A stretch of DNA of 64,000 bases. Origin: Anthoceros angustus (Eukaryota; Plantae; Anthocerotophyta). Below the pieces are notes generated by a model. That model was not told the origin of the DNA. It ran no database searches and saw only the letters and a program-made list of their open reading frames with translations. The position numbers and the translations under genes were made by a program. The stretch covers positions 682,001 to 746,000 of the forward strand of contig MU008155.1 in NCBI GenBank assembly GCA_010909165.1, read 5' to 3'. Positions 33,901 to 45,600 of the stretch are shown in pieces. How positions within the stretch are numbered: the first letter of the stretch is position 1; every line of letters begins with the position of its first letter.

Positions 33901-35319
33901 GCTACAAACACATCGGCCCGAAGCCCCTGTTCTCTTATCCGTGCATGCAGGTGCATCCCCTTCTCCAAAGCCAAGGTACCCACACTTGCACACGCCTGCA
34001 GGCGGTAAACAAATGTCACAGGGTCGGGTGTATCAGTGCTGCATTCTAGCATATCCCTGTGAAGACGAAGGGATTCCTGCCCCACCCCCTGCGGGGAATA
34101 ACCTCCAATCATAGCATTCCACATCACCACATTTTTCTGCCCCAAGTCCGTCAAACACTCTGAGTGGTACGGGAGTAGCGTACACTTCATGGACACCACA
34201 GCTGTTAGGCTAGAAGCGTGGCCACTATCGCGAGGCCGAGCAGGCTGCCACACTTGGCATGTATGTTGACCAAGCTACCGGCCACAACCACCTCAGCCTG
34301 AAGTACTTGTTCTCTAATTTGTGCATGCAGCTGCCTCCCATTCTCTACGGCCAATGTGCCAAGACTTGCACATGCCTGCAGGAGGGACACACACGTCACA
34401 GCATCGACCGCAACGATGCCTTCCTGCTGCATACACCTGCACAGATCCATGGCCCCCAGCCCCACCCCCTTCTGGGAGTATCCTGCTATCATGGTACTCC
34501 ATGCGATCAAATTCTTGTCAGCAAGCCCGTCAAAAACTCTCAGAGCGTCTTCCAAGCTGCCAGACTTCGCATACATGTCCACCAAGCAACTACAAACCTA
34601 CGAATTGGGCTCAACACCACTGGCCAAAAGGGTCAGCATGCACCTCCTGCCCAGCTCTTGAGACTGCTCCCCGAGCACAAACCTGCAACGCTGCTACAAA
34701 CACATGCCCATCGGGCTTCACACCTGACCTGCCCATCCGATGATACAGCTGGACGGCCTGCTTACATTGTCCATGTTCAACATACGCAGAAATTATGGCA
34801 GACCAAATGAAGGCATCCGGTGCAGCAACCATATCGAACACATCCATGGCTTCTTGCAAGTTGGCATGGGAAGCATACATTCGCAGAATGTTGTTGCACA
34901 GGAACGTGTCCGACTCATACCCTCATTTCACAGCAAGCGCACGCACCCGGCGACCCAGAGGAAGATCCTTGTTAGCTACACATTCTTTCAGGGTCATGTA
35001 AAAGAGGGATTTAGAGACAAAACGATCTGAGGCGCCAGCTGAATGAATTCCCAGAGCTTCAACGGCCTCACTGAGCCGCCCATGCTAGCATAATTCGCTT
35101 ACGGTCTCCACCATTACGGGCATTCTGGATCCAGCAGGCCTGCGGGGGCAACGATCCTCCTGTACCGTCAAGGTGGAGTGGACCACCCACTTGCACCCGT
35201 CTTGGCCTGCACAAGAGCACATAGTCGAGCTCCCCGTGCAAAACGCCAGGTGGACGGTCTGGGTTACTTCCCAAGGGCCTACAGCTCGCTGCTTCCTTGC
35301 TCATCAAGGATTGGTTCAT
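30975..35319 (-). pseudogene. Decayed tandem paralogue of the PLS-E(WW) PPR gene
   Basis: Same N-terminal and PLS motifs and the same KQPGQSWWADMDGVVHSFLVGDK end, but broken into at least 5 ORFs by frameshifts, with motif deletions and a ~75-bp non-PPR insert at ~34160-34235. Confidence 0.85.
31681..33354. repeat. 837-bp apparently identical in-frame tandem duplication in the PPR pseudogene
   Basis: Identical ORF-track peptides at offset 837 (31744/32581, 32146/32983). Confidence 0.95.
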
Positions 35320-36334
35320 TGAAGTCAGGAGAGCGGGAACCTACCCCTCGTCCTAGGCTTTTACTCTTGTTAACCCACGACTTTGTTGGTTGCAGAAAAC
35401 TGTCCCATTAACAAGCTCAATTGTAACAATCCAGACAGCCATGCCATGGCTCGCAGGTAAAACAACTGTCCTTTGCGGTTAGCACATGCAAAGCATACAG
35501 TCAACTTCTTCACCAGCATGTGCAAATGAACATACCAAGCCTAGTTTTGCAAACAGTCTGTGCCTCCAGAAGCTCATAAAAGCAACCGAGTGGGTGCATA
35601 GAATTTATTACCACCGAAGTCTACCTAGATACAAAGAACCAATAGCATCATAAGATCGGTCACTCCAATTGTCAAGCGACTCTGCTATACGTCTTCTTGC
35701 CTCTGCCAGAGAGCTAAGCCAAAAGCGAAACAGCAAATGAGCAAGCTAAGTCTTCCGACGTTTCTTGCCACAAGTCTCAATACCTCCAGAAGGATAATCC
35801 AAAATACTTGGACAGCCGCCACCGGATAAATCAAGCTTACATTTCTCCAGTTCTTCACAGGAGCGGTTGTACAATGGCAATCATACAGCGTTAGGAGACA
35901 ACCTTCTCGGCCGCTCGAAACAACCCTAGGACTTAACACTAGATACCGCAGTGGAGTTCCTTGCACTTAATGTGAATGCCCTTCCACAGTGACTTGGTCA
36001 AAATGGAGACATGGGGAGGAGGGGGTGCAAGTGGCGGGGAGGCAGGGCAGGTTCCGCAAACCCCTAGCAAAAATGCAAACAAGTAATTCCAAAGAAAAAT
36101 CTGGGAAGAGAAGTCTCCGATATTGAGAAAACTGCTTTCACTATATTCCCTTAGCGGTGGAACCTAACCACACCTACTAAAGAGAACATGGATGCAGGTT
36201 GGACGGACAACAACAATATCGGCGGGGTTGACCCCTTATAATATCACGACTCAATTCACAGCCTCCCGCTGACGTGGAAAAGGATGCTGTGTATCCTACC
36301 TGGCTGACGTGCTCCTGGTGGACGTACTGAAGCC

Positions 36335-38325
36335 TCACATCCTCTTAAGACTAAGAACACCGTTTACCTTCTCTTTGCCATTTTGATCAACGACATGTAG
36401 AGTCTCCAAAGTAGTTTCAAGAAAGTTTACCAGTTCTCCTCCGTCTGGATCTGGCTCTGGTACATGCACATGGAATGACCCTTGGGTGGCAGGCCGCACC
36501 TGGGAGACATAAGCAGCTTGCTTCTTCATATACTCATACACCTCCACGTGAAAGGGGTGTGCAGAAGAGAAACAGTCCTTGGTGAGATCCAACAACATGC
36601 TGAGGTCTCTTGAAGAGCCAGAAAGCTTCTTTGGAGTAAAACGACAGAAGACAGGAAGCACTTCCTCATCCATCACCTGGGCAAGAATCAGCTCAGTGCT
36701 GTTACTACAGCATATGCTTGAGTTTGACGGAGACAGAGTGTTTTACAACCACAAATTCCTACCTCCAGAAGCTCATCTTTACCACACCCTTGCAAGACCT
36801 GTACCTTCTTCTTTGTTCTCTCATGCAACATTGGTTTGACAGCCTGCAAAAGATACTTTCAAGCATCAAATAATCTGAATGCACACGATGAACTTCACAA
36901 AGTGGGATTCTTTGTAGATGGCCACTTTAATTTAGGAACCTACCTTCCAGCAGGCAGTAAAAACGTAGGGTGCATTAACTATGTAGTATGTGTCAGTCTT
37001 CTCTGGATAATTGAGATCATCCACAGTGGATATCGCAGTAAGAATCTGCTCCAATGGCATAAACCACAAGAAATTGCAATCAGCTCACCCAACACTTGCA
37101 CACATCGAACAGATCACAGAAGACCGGTTAGCTCAAGGGAGGAGTCAAACCTTGACCCGGCTCCAGGCTGATAGCTTAAGGCCTGTCATATCCAGTATTT
37201 TGATGCACGATCCAATAAATCTGCCAGCCCTTAGAGAAGCTTGCGGCTGCGCAAGCAAGATCTGAGTTTTCACTTACAGTTCTGCTAACCAACGAAATCC
37301 AGGCTACCAAAAGCTCATGAAAATCCTTGGAACAGAAGTGGAGATAGGACATGTTGACTCTACCAGTAAGACACGATCCCGATACTCATTGAGCTGTATA
37401 TGCGATTGGACATACTTATCTAACTGCACACAACATGGAGGCACTTAGCTTGTCAGCAGAGCAACTTGAAATAAGGATGATGCAGTTGAAGCCAGGATCA
37501 AGTCAGCTTACTGCGGCTTTGTCATACCCACTGAATCCAACTCCAATAGAGAACACTGGCCTTCCCTGTGAAACCAGGCAAAAGATCATCAAGCTTGTAC
37601 CCAGCTTGTGCGATATGTCTATATCACGAAGCGCAGACTGATTGAGGATACCTCCTTGCAAAAGCCTGACATGCCTATAAGTTGTGAGTCCCGAATTGCA
37701 TCGTTCAAGCTTTTGGGTTCAATCGGTTTCTGTTCAAAATGCCGTCAAACAATGCATCAACACCAACTCAAAGCGTCAACATTATTAGGTCCAGGTTGAG
37801 GCTTACAGAAAGTATGTTGTCAATGTCGTTGGCCACCCTCCACGTCAGGCAATCATGGAGCTGTCAAGCAGACAGAGGCAGGCATCCGTTACTACAAGGG
37901 TTCATATGTTTTGCAGTGCTTCTCAAAAGAGCACCACTGAGCAATGTGCTAACCATCTTGTAAGCTTTCGGGACCACTCCCTCGCGAGCTTTTAAAAACC
38001 TTGCCAGAGCATGCTCCGGATTGCCTTGGTGCATGTTCTGCAACCGAACAAATTGTTAGACCACCAAAGTACTTTACAAAGGCCAAAGTGCTATAGAATA
38101 GGCAAAAATAGACTGAGAGGGGAGCTGACCTCGAAGGAACGCTGCAAGGCTCCATCAACTGAAGCCAAGTGCACACGAGTTAGCATCATTCTGCTCGATC
38201 AAGCAGAACAGGAGTGGAGAAAGGAAGCAACCTCCCCGGCATGACGAGACAGAGCGGGTGAGAGACTCACGTGCGTCAACGTATTCTTGCATTTGCTTGA
38301 GTGCTTCCGGCGTGACGAACTCCAT
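36335..38325 (-). CDS. SEC14/CRAL-TRIO phosphatidylinositol transfer protein, 11 exons (mostly missed by the ORF track)
   Basis: Manual splicing gives MEFVTPEALKQM..|NMHQGNPEHALARFLKAR|LHDCLTWR|KPIEP..IRDSQLIGMSG|GRPVFSIGVG|YVQSHIQLNEYRDRV|KILDMTGLKLSA|DDLNYPEKTDTYYIVNAPY|VKPMLHERTKKKVQVL|VMDEEVLPVFCR..QGSFHV. All introns are GT-AG. Confidence 0.93.
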
Positions 38326-38650
38326 CGGCCTTGTTTCTCCAAAACCCTATGTCGGAGGATTGCTCTCAACTAGACAGGCTCAATGTGGCATGCTCTTCCT
38401 CATAAGCCACTCTGAGCATCCAATCTTCGCAAGCGCAATGAATTGCCACGTAGAGAGATCCTGTCGGTTCCACGGAGAGTCTTGAGAATGGATGAACATC
38501 GAGTTCCACGCCCAAACTTGTCATTAACGGGCGTTGGCAGTCCAGATCCGCTGGCCAGCGTTTGCCTCCCTTTGTCCTCTGCGTTTGCCTCCCTTTATCC
38601 TCTCTCCAGTGCCTTCCTTCGCCCTCTCCTGCGGCACAACATACTCATTC

Positions 38651-41202
38651 TTCGATCTTAGCGAATGAGCACCTCTCCACACAGTACACAAGTTCGCACA
38701 ACACAATGACCAACGTAGCCGCACCAAATTCTCACAGCTGGGGCCATACAAGCAAAGAGGAACGCAACGATCCATGTCACGCCTAAACGCATCAAGCCCA
38801 ATCGTCTGCAATGCATACACTAGTCACCTGCTGCAATGCGTGCTGCCACAGCAGCAGCCCGCCACAGTGGTGCGATTGGGGTAAACTCATCAATCAACTA
38901 ATCCATCCACAGGTTGCGCAACCTCCAGATCGCTTACGGATCGGCTTCAAGCCCACACGGGACATGGATCCGGCAAGTCAAAATGAAAAATCTGCGTCTC
39001 GAAATTCTGATTCAAACCGATCCGCTTGATGCCAATCCACCAGAGCTTACAGCATTGCAAAGAGCTGGAGGGATGGAGAGCAACACCGAGGGGAACGATA
39101 AGTCAAATGATGAACGATGTTTGGCATAGAAGGAGTGACAGACGTCGGTCACTGCGGGAGGTGGTAGCTGCCAAGCCCCAGGACCATGGAATCACCCTCC
39201 AACTAACAAAATCCTGCCTCCCTCTTCTGGAAGGGCAGCGCAGCAAAGTACCGCCCACGGAGGAGAACTTTCGTGCTTTGACGCTCTTCGTCACCGTCTT
39301 CAACAACACATGCGTATGTATGTAATGTAATGTCCATCCAACTTGGTCCACCCAACCAACCATCCATCACACCCACAAGCTTTGTGTTCTACTAGAATAC
39401 ATACCTCCATTACGGCGTTTCGAACTTGATGGGAAAAGTTGTGAGTTTTTGAAAAGTTTTGGCTCATACGCCAACATTACATATATGTATTGATTACCTT
39501 AATTGAATTCACTAAGTTAGCTCTGGTAAATAATTTTATTAATCATACTACAAGCGCTATATTGGCGGCGACAGTTACAGCACATGCTTCTTGCAAGCAA
39601 CCCGTTGCACGTAATTTAGCACTATGGCTGGCCACAGGCTAAGGTTGTATACGAGTGTGTTGCATAGGCTCCCTTTAGTGCCACTGGCTGTGGCTTTGTT
39701 GGAGCCCTTGCTGGAATACCGTTGTAAACAAATGTGTTGCGTAGGCTCTTTTTGGTGCCACTGGCTGCAATTTGCTGAATGAATCAATGTCATTCTATTG
39801 TCCTCAAACGTTCCTCGACCTCCTCCTCCTTACGGTGTTGCTATAGCCTCCTCCACGATGTTGCCCTAGCCTCCTCCTTACGTTGTTGCCGTAGCCTCCT
39901 CTTTACGTTGTTGCCGAAGCAGTCCTTTCTCTTCGATCTTAGCGAATGAGCACCTCTCCACACAGTACACAAGTTCGCACAACACAATGACCAACGTAGC
40001 CGCACCAAATTCTCACAGCTGGGGCCATACAAGCAAAGAGGAACGCAACGATCCATGTCACGCCTAAACGCATCAAGCCCAATCGTCTGCAATGCATACA
40101 CTAGTCACCTGCTGCAATGCGTGCTGCCACAGCAGCAGCCCGCCACAGTGGTGCGATTGGGGTAAACTCATCAATCAACTAATCCATCCACAGGTTGCGC
40201 AACCTCCAGATCGCTTACGGATCGGCTTCAAGCCCACACGGGACATGGATCCGGCAAGTCAAAATGAAAAATCTGCGTCTCGAAATTCTGATTCAAACCG
40301 ATCCGCTTGATGCCAATCCACCAGAGCTTACAGCATTGCAAAGAGCTGGAGGGATGGAGAGCAACACCGAGGGAACGATAAGTCAAATGATGAACGATGT
40401 TTGGCATAGAAGGAGTGACAGACGTCGGTCACTGCGGGAGGTGGTAGCTGCCAAGCCCCAGGACCATGGAATCACCCTCCAACTAACAAAATCCTGCCTC
40501 CTCTTCTGGAAGGGCAGCGCAGCAAAGTACCGCCCACGGAGGAGAACTTTCGTGCTTTGACGCTCTTCGTCACCGTCTTCAACAACACATGCGTATGTAT
40601 GTAATGTAATGTCCATCCAACTTGGTCCACCCAACCAACCATCCATCACACCCACAAGCTTTGTGTTCTACTAGAATACATACCTCCATTACGGCGTTTC
40701 GAACTTGATGGGAAAAGTTGTGAGTTTTGAAAAGTTTTGGCTCATACGCCAACATTACATATATGTATTGATTACCTTAATTGAATTCACTAAGTTAGCT
40801 CTGGTAAATAATTTTATTAATCATACTACAAGCGCTATATTGGCGGCGGCTACAGCATGCTTCTTGCAAGCAACCGTTGCCGTAATTTAGCACCGCTGAG
40901 CTAAGGTTGTATCTGAGTGTTGCATAGGCTCCCTTTAGTGCCACTGGCTGTGGCTTTGTTGGAGCCCTTGCTGGAATACCGTTGTAAACAAATGTGTTGC
41001 GTAGGCTCTTTTTGGTGCCACTGGCTGCAATTTGCTGAATGAATCAATGTCATTCTATTGTCCTCAAACGTTCCTCAGCCTCCTCCTTACGGTGTTGCTA
41101 TAGCCTCCTCCTTACGATGTTGCCCTAGCCTCCTCCTTACGTTGTTGCCGTAGCCTCCTCTTTACGTTGTTGCCGAAACAGTCCTTTCTCTTCTTTTCGA
41201 TC
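38651..41202. repeat. ~1.27-kb tandem duplication (38651-39931 / 39932-41195) bounded by TTCGATC; includes a 25-bp minisatellite (~41075-41175)
   Basis: Identical ORF peptides at 38811/40092 (offset 1281). The distal parts differ by many small indels. Confidence 0.92.
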
Positions 41203-41716
41203 ACCCTCTCCATCTCCCATTTTTCTTTTAGTCATTCAAGAGTGCGGCCTGGCGACTCATCCATGCCTTACACCGAAACTGAGTCAAGTACCACCGCCAT
41301 ATTTCGGAGGTGGTCCATATCCTCCGCCTCAAAGTTGTCGTTCTCCTCCATTGCTTGCTCGTCTGCAATAGTACCATTCTTGGGCCCCGTGTCCGACGGT
41401 GTCGACTGCCACACAGCATCTAGCGTTTGCTGACCCTCATCCAAAAGGTCACTAGTCATGGTATTCATCCTTCTGGCACTCAATGCAACCACTTGGGCTT
41501 TAAGGCAATGCCAGCGTCCTTAAAATGAACAAAGTCAGCTGCCCATGCGCCCATGCAAGCATCCTTGAAATTATGAGAGTTGAATTGTTAAGGAGACACG
41601 GGTTTCGAACGAAACCTATTCTTTGCTGGCTTTTTTCCCAAACACTTGACCAACGGTCCCAAGTTGCAATGCTCTTGAGCCGCTAAATATTTATTTTCTA
41701 AATGACAGCCTATGAG

Positions 41717-42100
41717 GAGCCCATGGGGCGCCTGACGGCCTACGCCCATGGGCAGTGTACTAGGGAGGCGCCGGCGCCCATGGGGCGCCGGCGCCCATGG
41801 GTGGGCCGGCCCATGGGGCGGATGTGTGCTAGGGAGGCGCCGGCCGGCCGCCCATGGGGCGTGGTGTGTTAGGGAGGCGCCGGCCGGCCCATGGTGGTGT
41901 ACTAGGGAGGCGCCGGCCGGCGCCCATGGGCAGTGTGCTAGGGGCGCCGGCGCCCATGGGCAGTGTGCTAGGGGCGCCGGCGCCCATGCCCATGTGGTGG
42001 TAGAGGAGGGCCACGGCGCCCATGGGGCGTGGTAGGGAGGCGGCCGGCCGGGCGCCCATGGGGCGCCGGCGCCCATGGGGCGCCGATCACCCGGCGCCCT
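41717..42100. repeat. Very GC-rich palindromic minisatellite (GGCGCCGGCGCCCATGGG with gtgtgctaggg spacers)
   Basis: More than 12 CCCATG(G) cores interleaved with GGCGCC/GCCGGC palindromes. Confidence 0.85.
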
Positions 42101-42691
42101 CCCTTAGTACCATCCTACGGTGCATGCGGGTGAAGCTAGGGGGGGGAAAAGAAGGGAACAGCAGGTATCCTATCACCGATGGAAGGTGTGGCCCATTTGC
42201 AGGAAGGGTTAAAAGATTTGCGTCCATAGGTGACTGTTGAAGAGTACAAGTGGTGGGAAACCTTTTGGGTGGACCGGAAGGAGATTGCTATCATTGTGGA
42301 GAATAACATCGGGCTAGTGCTACAGCGTCCTAGGAAGTGGTTTTCACGTGCAGAAGTGGATCATACAGCCTGACCACTTCAAGTGTCGGATGAAGCTTTG
42401 CTAGATGAGGCATTATTGAGGGACCTCCCACAGCGTGATATGTACTTGGGGGGCATATCAAAATGCCTTCCGGCATTTTGATATGCACTGGCAACAGTGG
42501 GAATGGTGCGGATGAATGGGGACATAATGGAAATCTTGAAGGGGATGTTTCTGGCAGTGCTGTGCTCTATGGACACGCATAACAGGCCATTCTGAATTGG
42601 GGAGAGTCATTGACGCGAAGCTAGATGCACCACGACCTCACTTTCCTATCCACTGGTATCGGACCGAGCACACAGATGCGTATGTGTAAAC

Positions 42692-45600
42692 GATCTGGAC
42701 TCGGAAACCCCCTATTGAGATGTGCCTTGAAGTGTTTTTTTTGTTTTTTTTGGTCGAGTGTGGTGTGAAAATAAGTCAGGTTGACAGTAGGCAAGGGTAT
42801 TTATAAAAGAAACGTCCTATGGTTTTCTTTCCTTTTTTTTATTTCTTAGGTTAGATAATAAGGGGTCCGGGAACTCGATGTTCCTTGGCCCATAGACTTG
42901 GGATGTCCACTAAAAGGTCTATATATGTGAGGTAGGGGGTTGGTATAATTAGGGAGTGATAGGTCTATAGGCTTGGAGTCAACCGATTGGGCGGTAGCTG
43001 AATGAGTGTGGGGTTGTGGATTGGGGTGTGGAGCGAGCGGTCGCAGAGGTCGAACAGGGGTAGGGGAACCCGGGGAACTTAACCCTAGGGAGTAACGGAA
43101 GTCCGTTCGGACAACGGAGCGCAACGGCGGCTGGAGCGGAAGCGAGCAGCGGAGCGCAACGACGGCTGGAGCGCGACGAAGTCGAGGAGTTGCATCCGGG
43201 AGAACACCGCGATCTGCAGGAGGGCGCGAGGCGCACCCACGAGGGGAAGGAGCTCCGAACCCCCATCCGCGACATCGCGAGTCGCGACGCTAGAGGAGGA
43301 AGGCGCAGCGGCGCGTTGGCGAGGAGGTAGGAACTCGAGATCCCTGTAATTCGCGCGAATCTCGATTTGAGGCGCAAGACCCGAAGACTACATGGAGGGA
43401 TGGCGCAATGAGATTGTGCTTGCTCCATGGCCAAACATGGATCATTGGAAAGTTCGAGCTGGGGAATTGGTGAAGGAGCTGAAGCTTGGCTTCATAGAAG
43501 AACGGTGGAATTACATGAACTTGGGACTGGTGCAGGAGTGTGCACGCCACCTGAAGGACAAAACAAGGGGAATTAGAGCGGCACAGGATTGGGACCGGAA
43601 TTGGTTAGGAGAGTGTATGGGCGCAGTAAGGAGGAGGCAGGCGGTTTGGTGATGGAGTCCCTTAAAAGGAGCATAACAGAGCAGCACCGCCCGGTTAAGG
43701 CGACCGGAACCCAACGGTCGGCCGACGCGGGATTTGGCAAATGGCTTGATGGGTCCGCCGATGGCTCCTATGTTTCCGAGACAAGAAGTGGATTATTTGT
43801 CCGACCACTTCTGGCCGCTCCTCATGAAGTGGTCAAGCGAAATCGATTGGGGCGAATTCTCTTGACAAGTTGTGTGAAGAGAGGTTGAACTGATTTCTCC
43901 TACCCTCGACCCTCTCTAATTTCACCATTTCTCGTCCATCTTTATGTGCATGCTAACCGCCCACAGAGGTGGAATTGTGGCCTCCTCCACATGTGGAAGC
44001 AGTTAGGGAGGTGAAATGGAAGGCGGAGGAGCCCAAGGAGGAAATCGAGGAAAAATCGGATGGGGAGTCCGTGGCTGTGTGCGCCCGAGGAAGAGAAGGA
44101 AATTTCACCAAAGAAAGAGGAAGACCGGGGTGGAAGACGGGCCTCAGCAAAAAAGGTGAAGGCGACGCACCAGGTCGAAAACGCAGACTACAAAATGAAG
44201 GCCAAACGGCAGATTGAGGTTTGACGAAGAGGAGGCCAAGCGCAAGCAACTCGAGGAAGACAAGCGGTCCTAGAGGAAATAAGGGCCAAGATTCAGAAGA
44301 TTTGTGTGGCCTCAGAGAAGTTGTGTGCCATGACGAGCTAGGAAGCGCCATGGCTCAAATTAAGGATGCCCACGAGACGAACCACGAGATGCGGGGGAGT
44401 TGTCAGCCCAGATCGTGAGGCGGCCTCAGTGGAGAAGGCCCATGTCGGAAGATAAACGGGAGCGGGATGGCCGGTAAAGGACAAAGGAAGGAAGCGAGGT
44501 AGCAGGACCACGACGGTAGTGGAAGGAACTAACGAAAGGAAGCAAGAACTGAGGTAGTCAAACACCTACTGTGGTTGACAAAGCGACAGTCGTGGAGTCC
44601 ACTACCGGTAGTGGAAGCTACCATCGGCGCCCAACTCAAGCGGCCATGACGGAGCAACAGACGCGGCCAAGACTCGCAAGGACATGGACCAGCAACTGTG
44701 TGTAGCCTACGGAGGAGGGGGTAAGCACCTCACCATGCTAGGAGGTCCTATTATGTTCGGCACATGGATGAGGAAACTTATGTTCCCGGTCTATATGTGA
44801 ATGGGGAACGCTGCTTAACTTCTCCATGTCCATGTGCGTGGAAATAGGAGGGATCGGGGCCTACCTCGCAAGTGAGGACTCGTGCATACTTCTACCACTG
44901 CCGCGGGGTTGGCCCCTATTATGGAGGCGACTTTGGAGGAGTTAAGTGAGGAGGAGGTCCAGTTTGGGTGGACGAGGAACCGTAATAATCCTCGGCAATA
45001 GGCGGCAAGCGGAAGACGCGAAGCTCCAGGTGGTACACCTCAAATTAGGACGTCCAGAAGTGATGTGAGGTGGAAGTATTGGGGAAAACCTATCGCCGGG
45101 CGGGCAGGAGAGCTCGTGGGGCAGAAGGAGGACGGCCAGGGCCAAGTCGAGGCAGCAGAAGCGGATAGGTGATAGCATCCAAGGATAGATTTGGTTAGGA
45201 TGTCGCACTAGACCTAGGAACGCTCAAATTGTGGCGCCTTCCCGATAACCATCGAGGACCTAAAACTGGGCATGGCGCCCTGTATAAGAGGGGCGGATTA
45301 TGCCTCATGCAGAGCATTTCGGTTGAGATCCCCACGCTCGTGGCGGCAGCAATGGAGGGCAGGCCAAGTCGAGGTGAGATAGCGTGGCGGTGGTAGCAAC
45401 CTAAAGATAATTTGGTTAGGATCTTGCACTGGACCTAGGCGCTCAAATTGTGGCGCGTCCTTCGATAGCCATCGTAGGACCTAAAAATCCGGGGCATGGC
45501 GCCCCAGCCGGTGTATAAGAGGGGCGGATTATGCCTCCCACAGCAGATAATTTCTGGTTGAGATCCCCACGCGGCCTGTGGCTGGTTGGAGACGTCCAAT

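Noticed and set aside
36805-36830. Suspected frameshift in SEC14 exon 10
   Set aside because: Re-reading gives CAT GAG AGA ACA AAG (HERTK), so the frame is intact.
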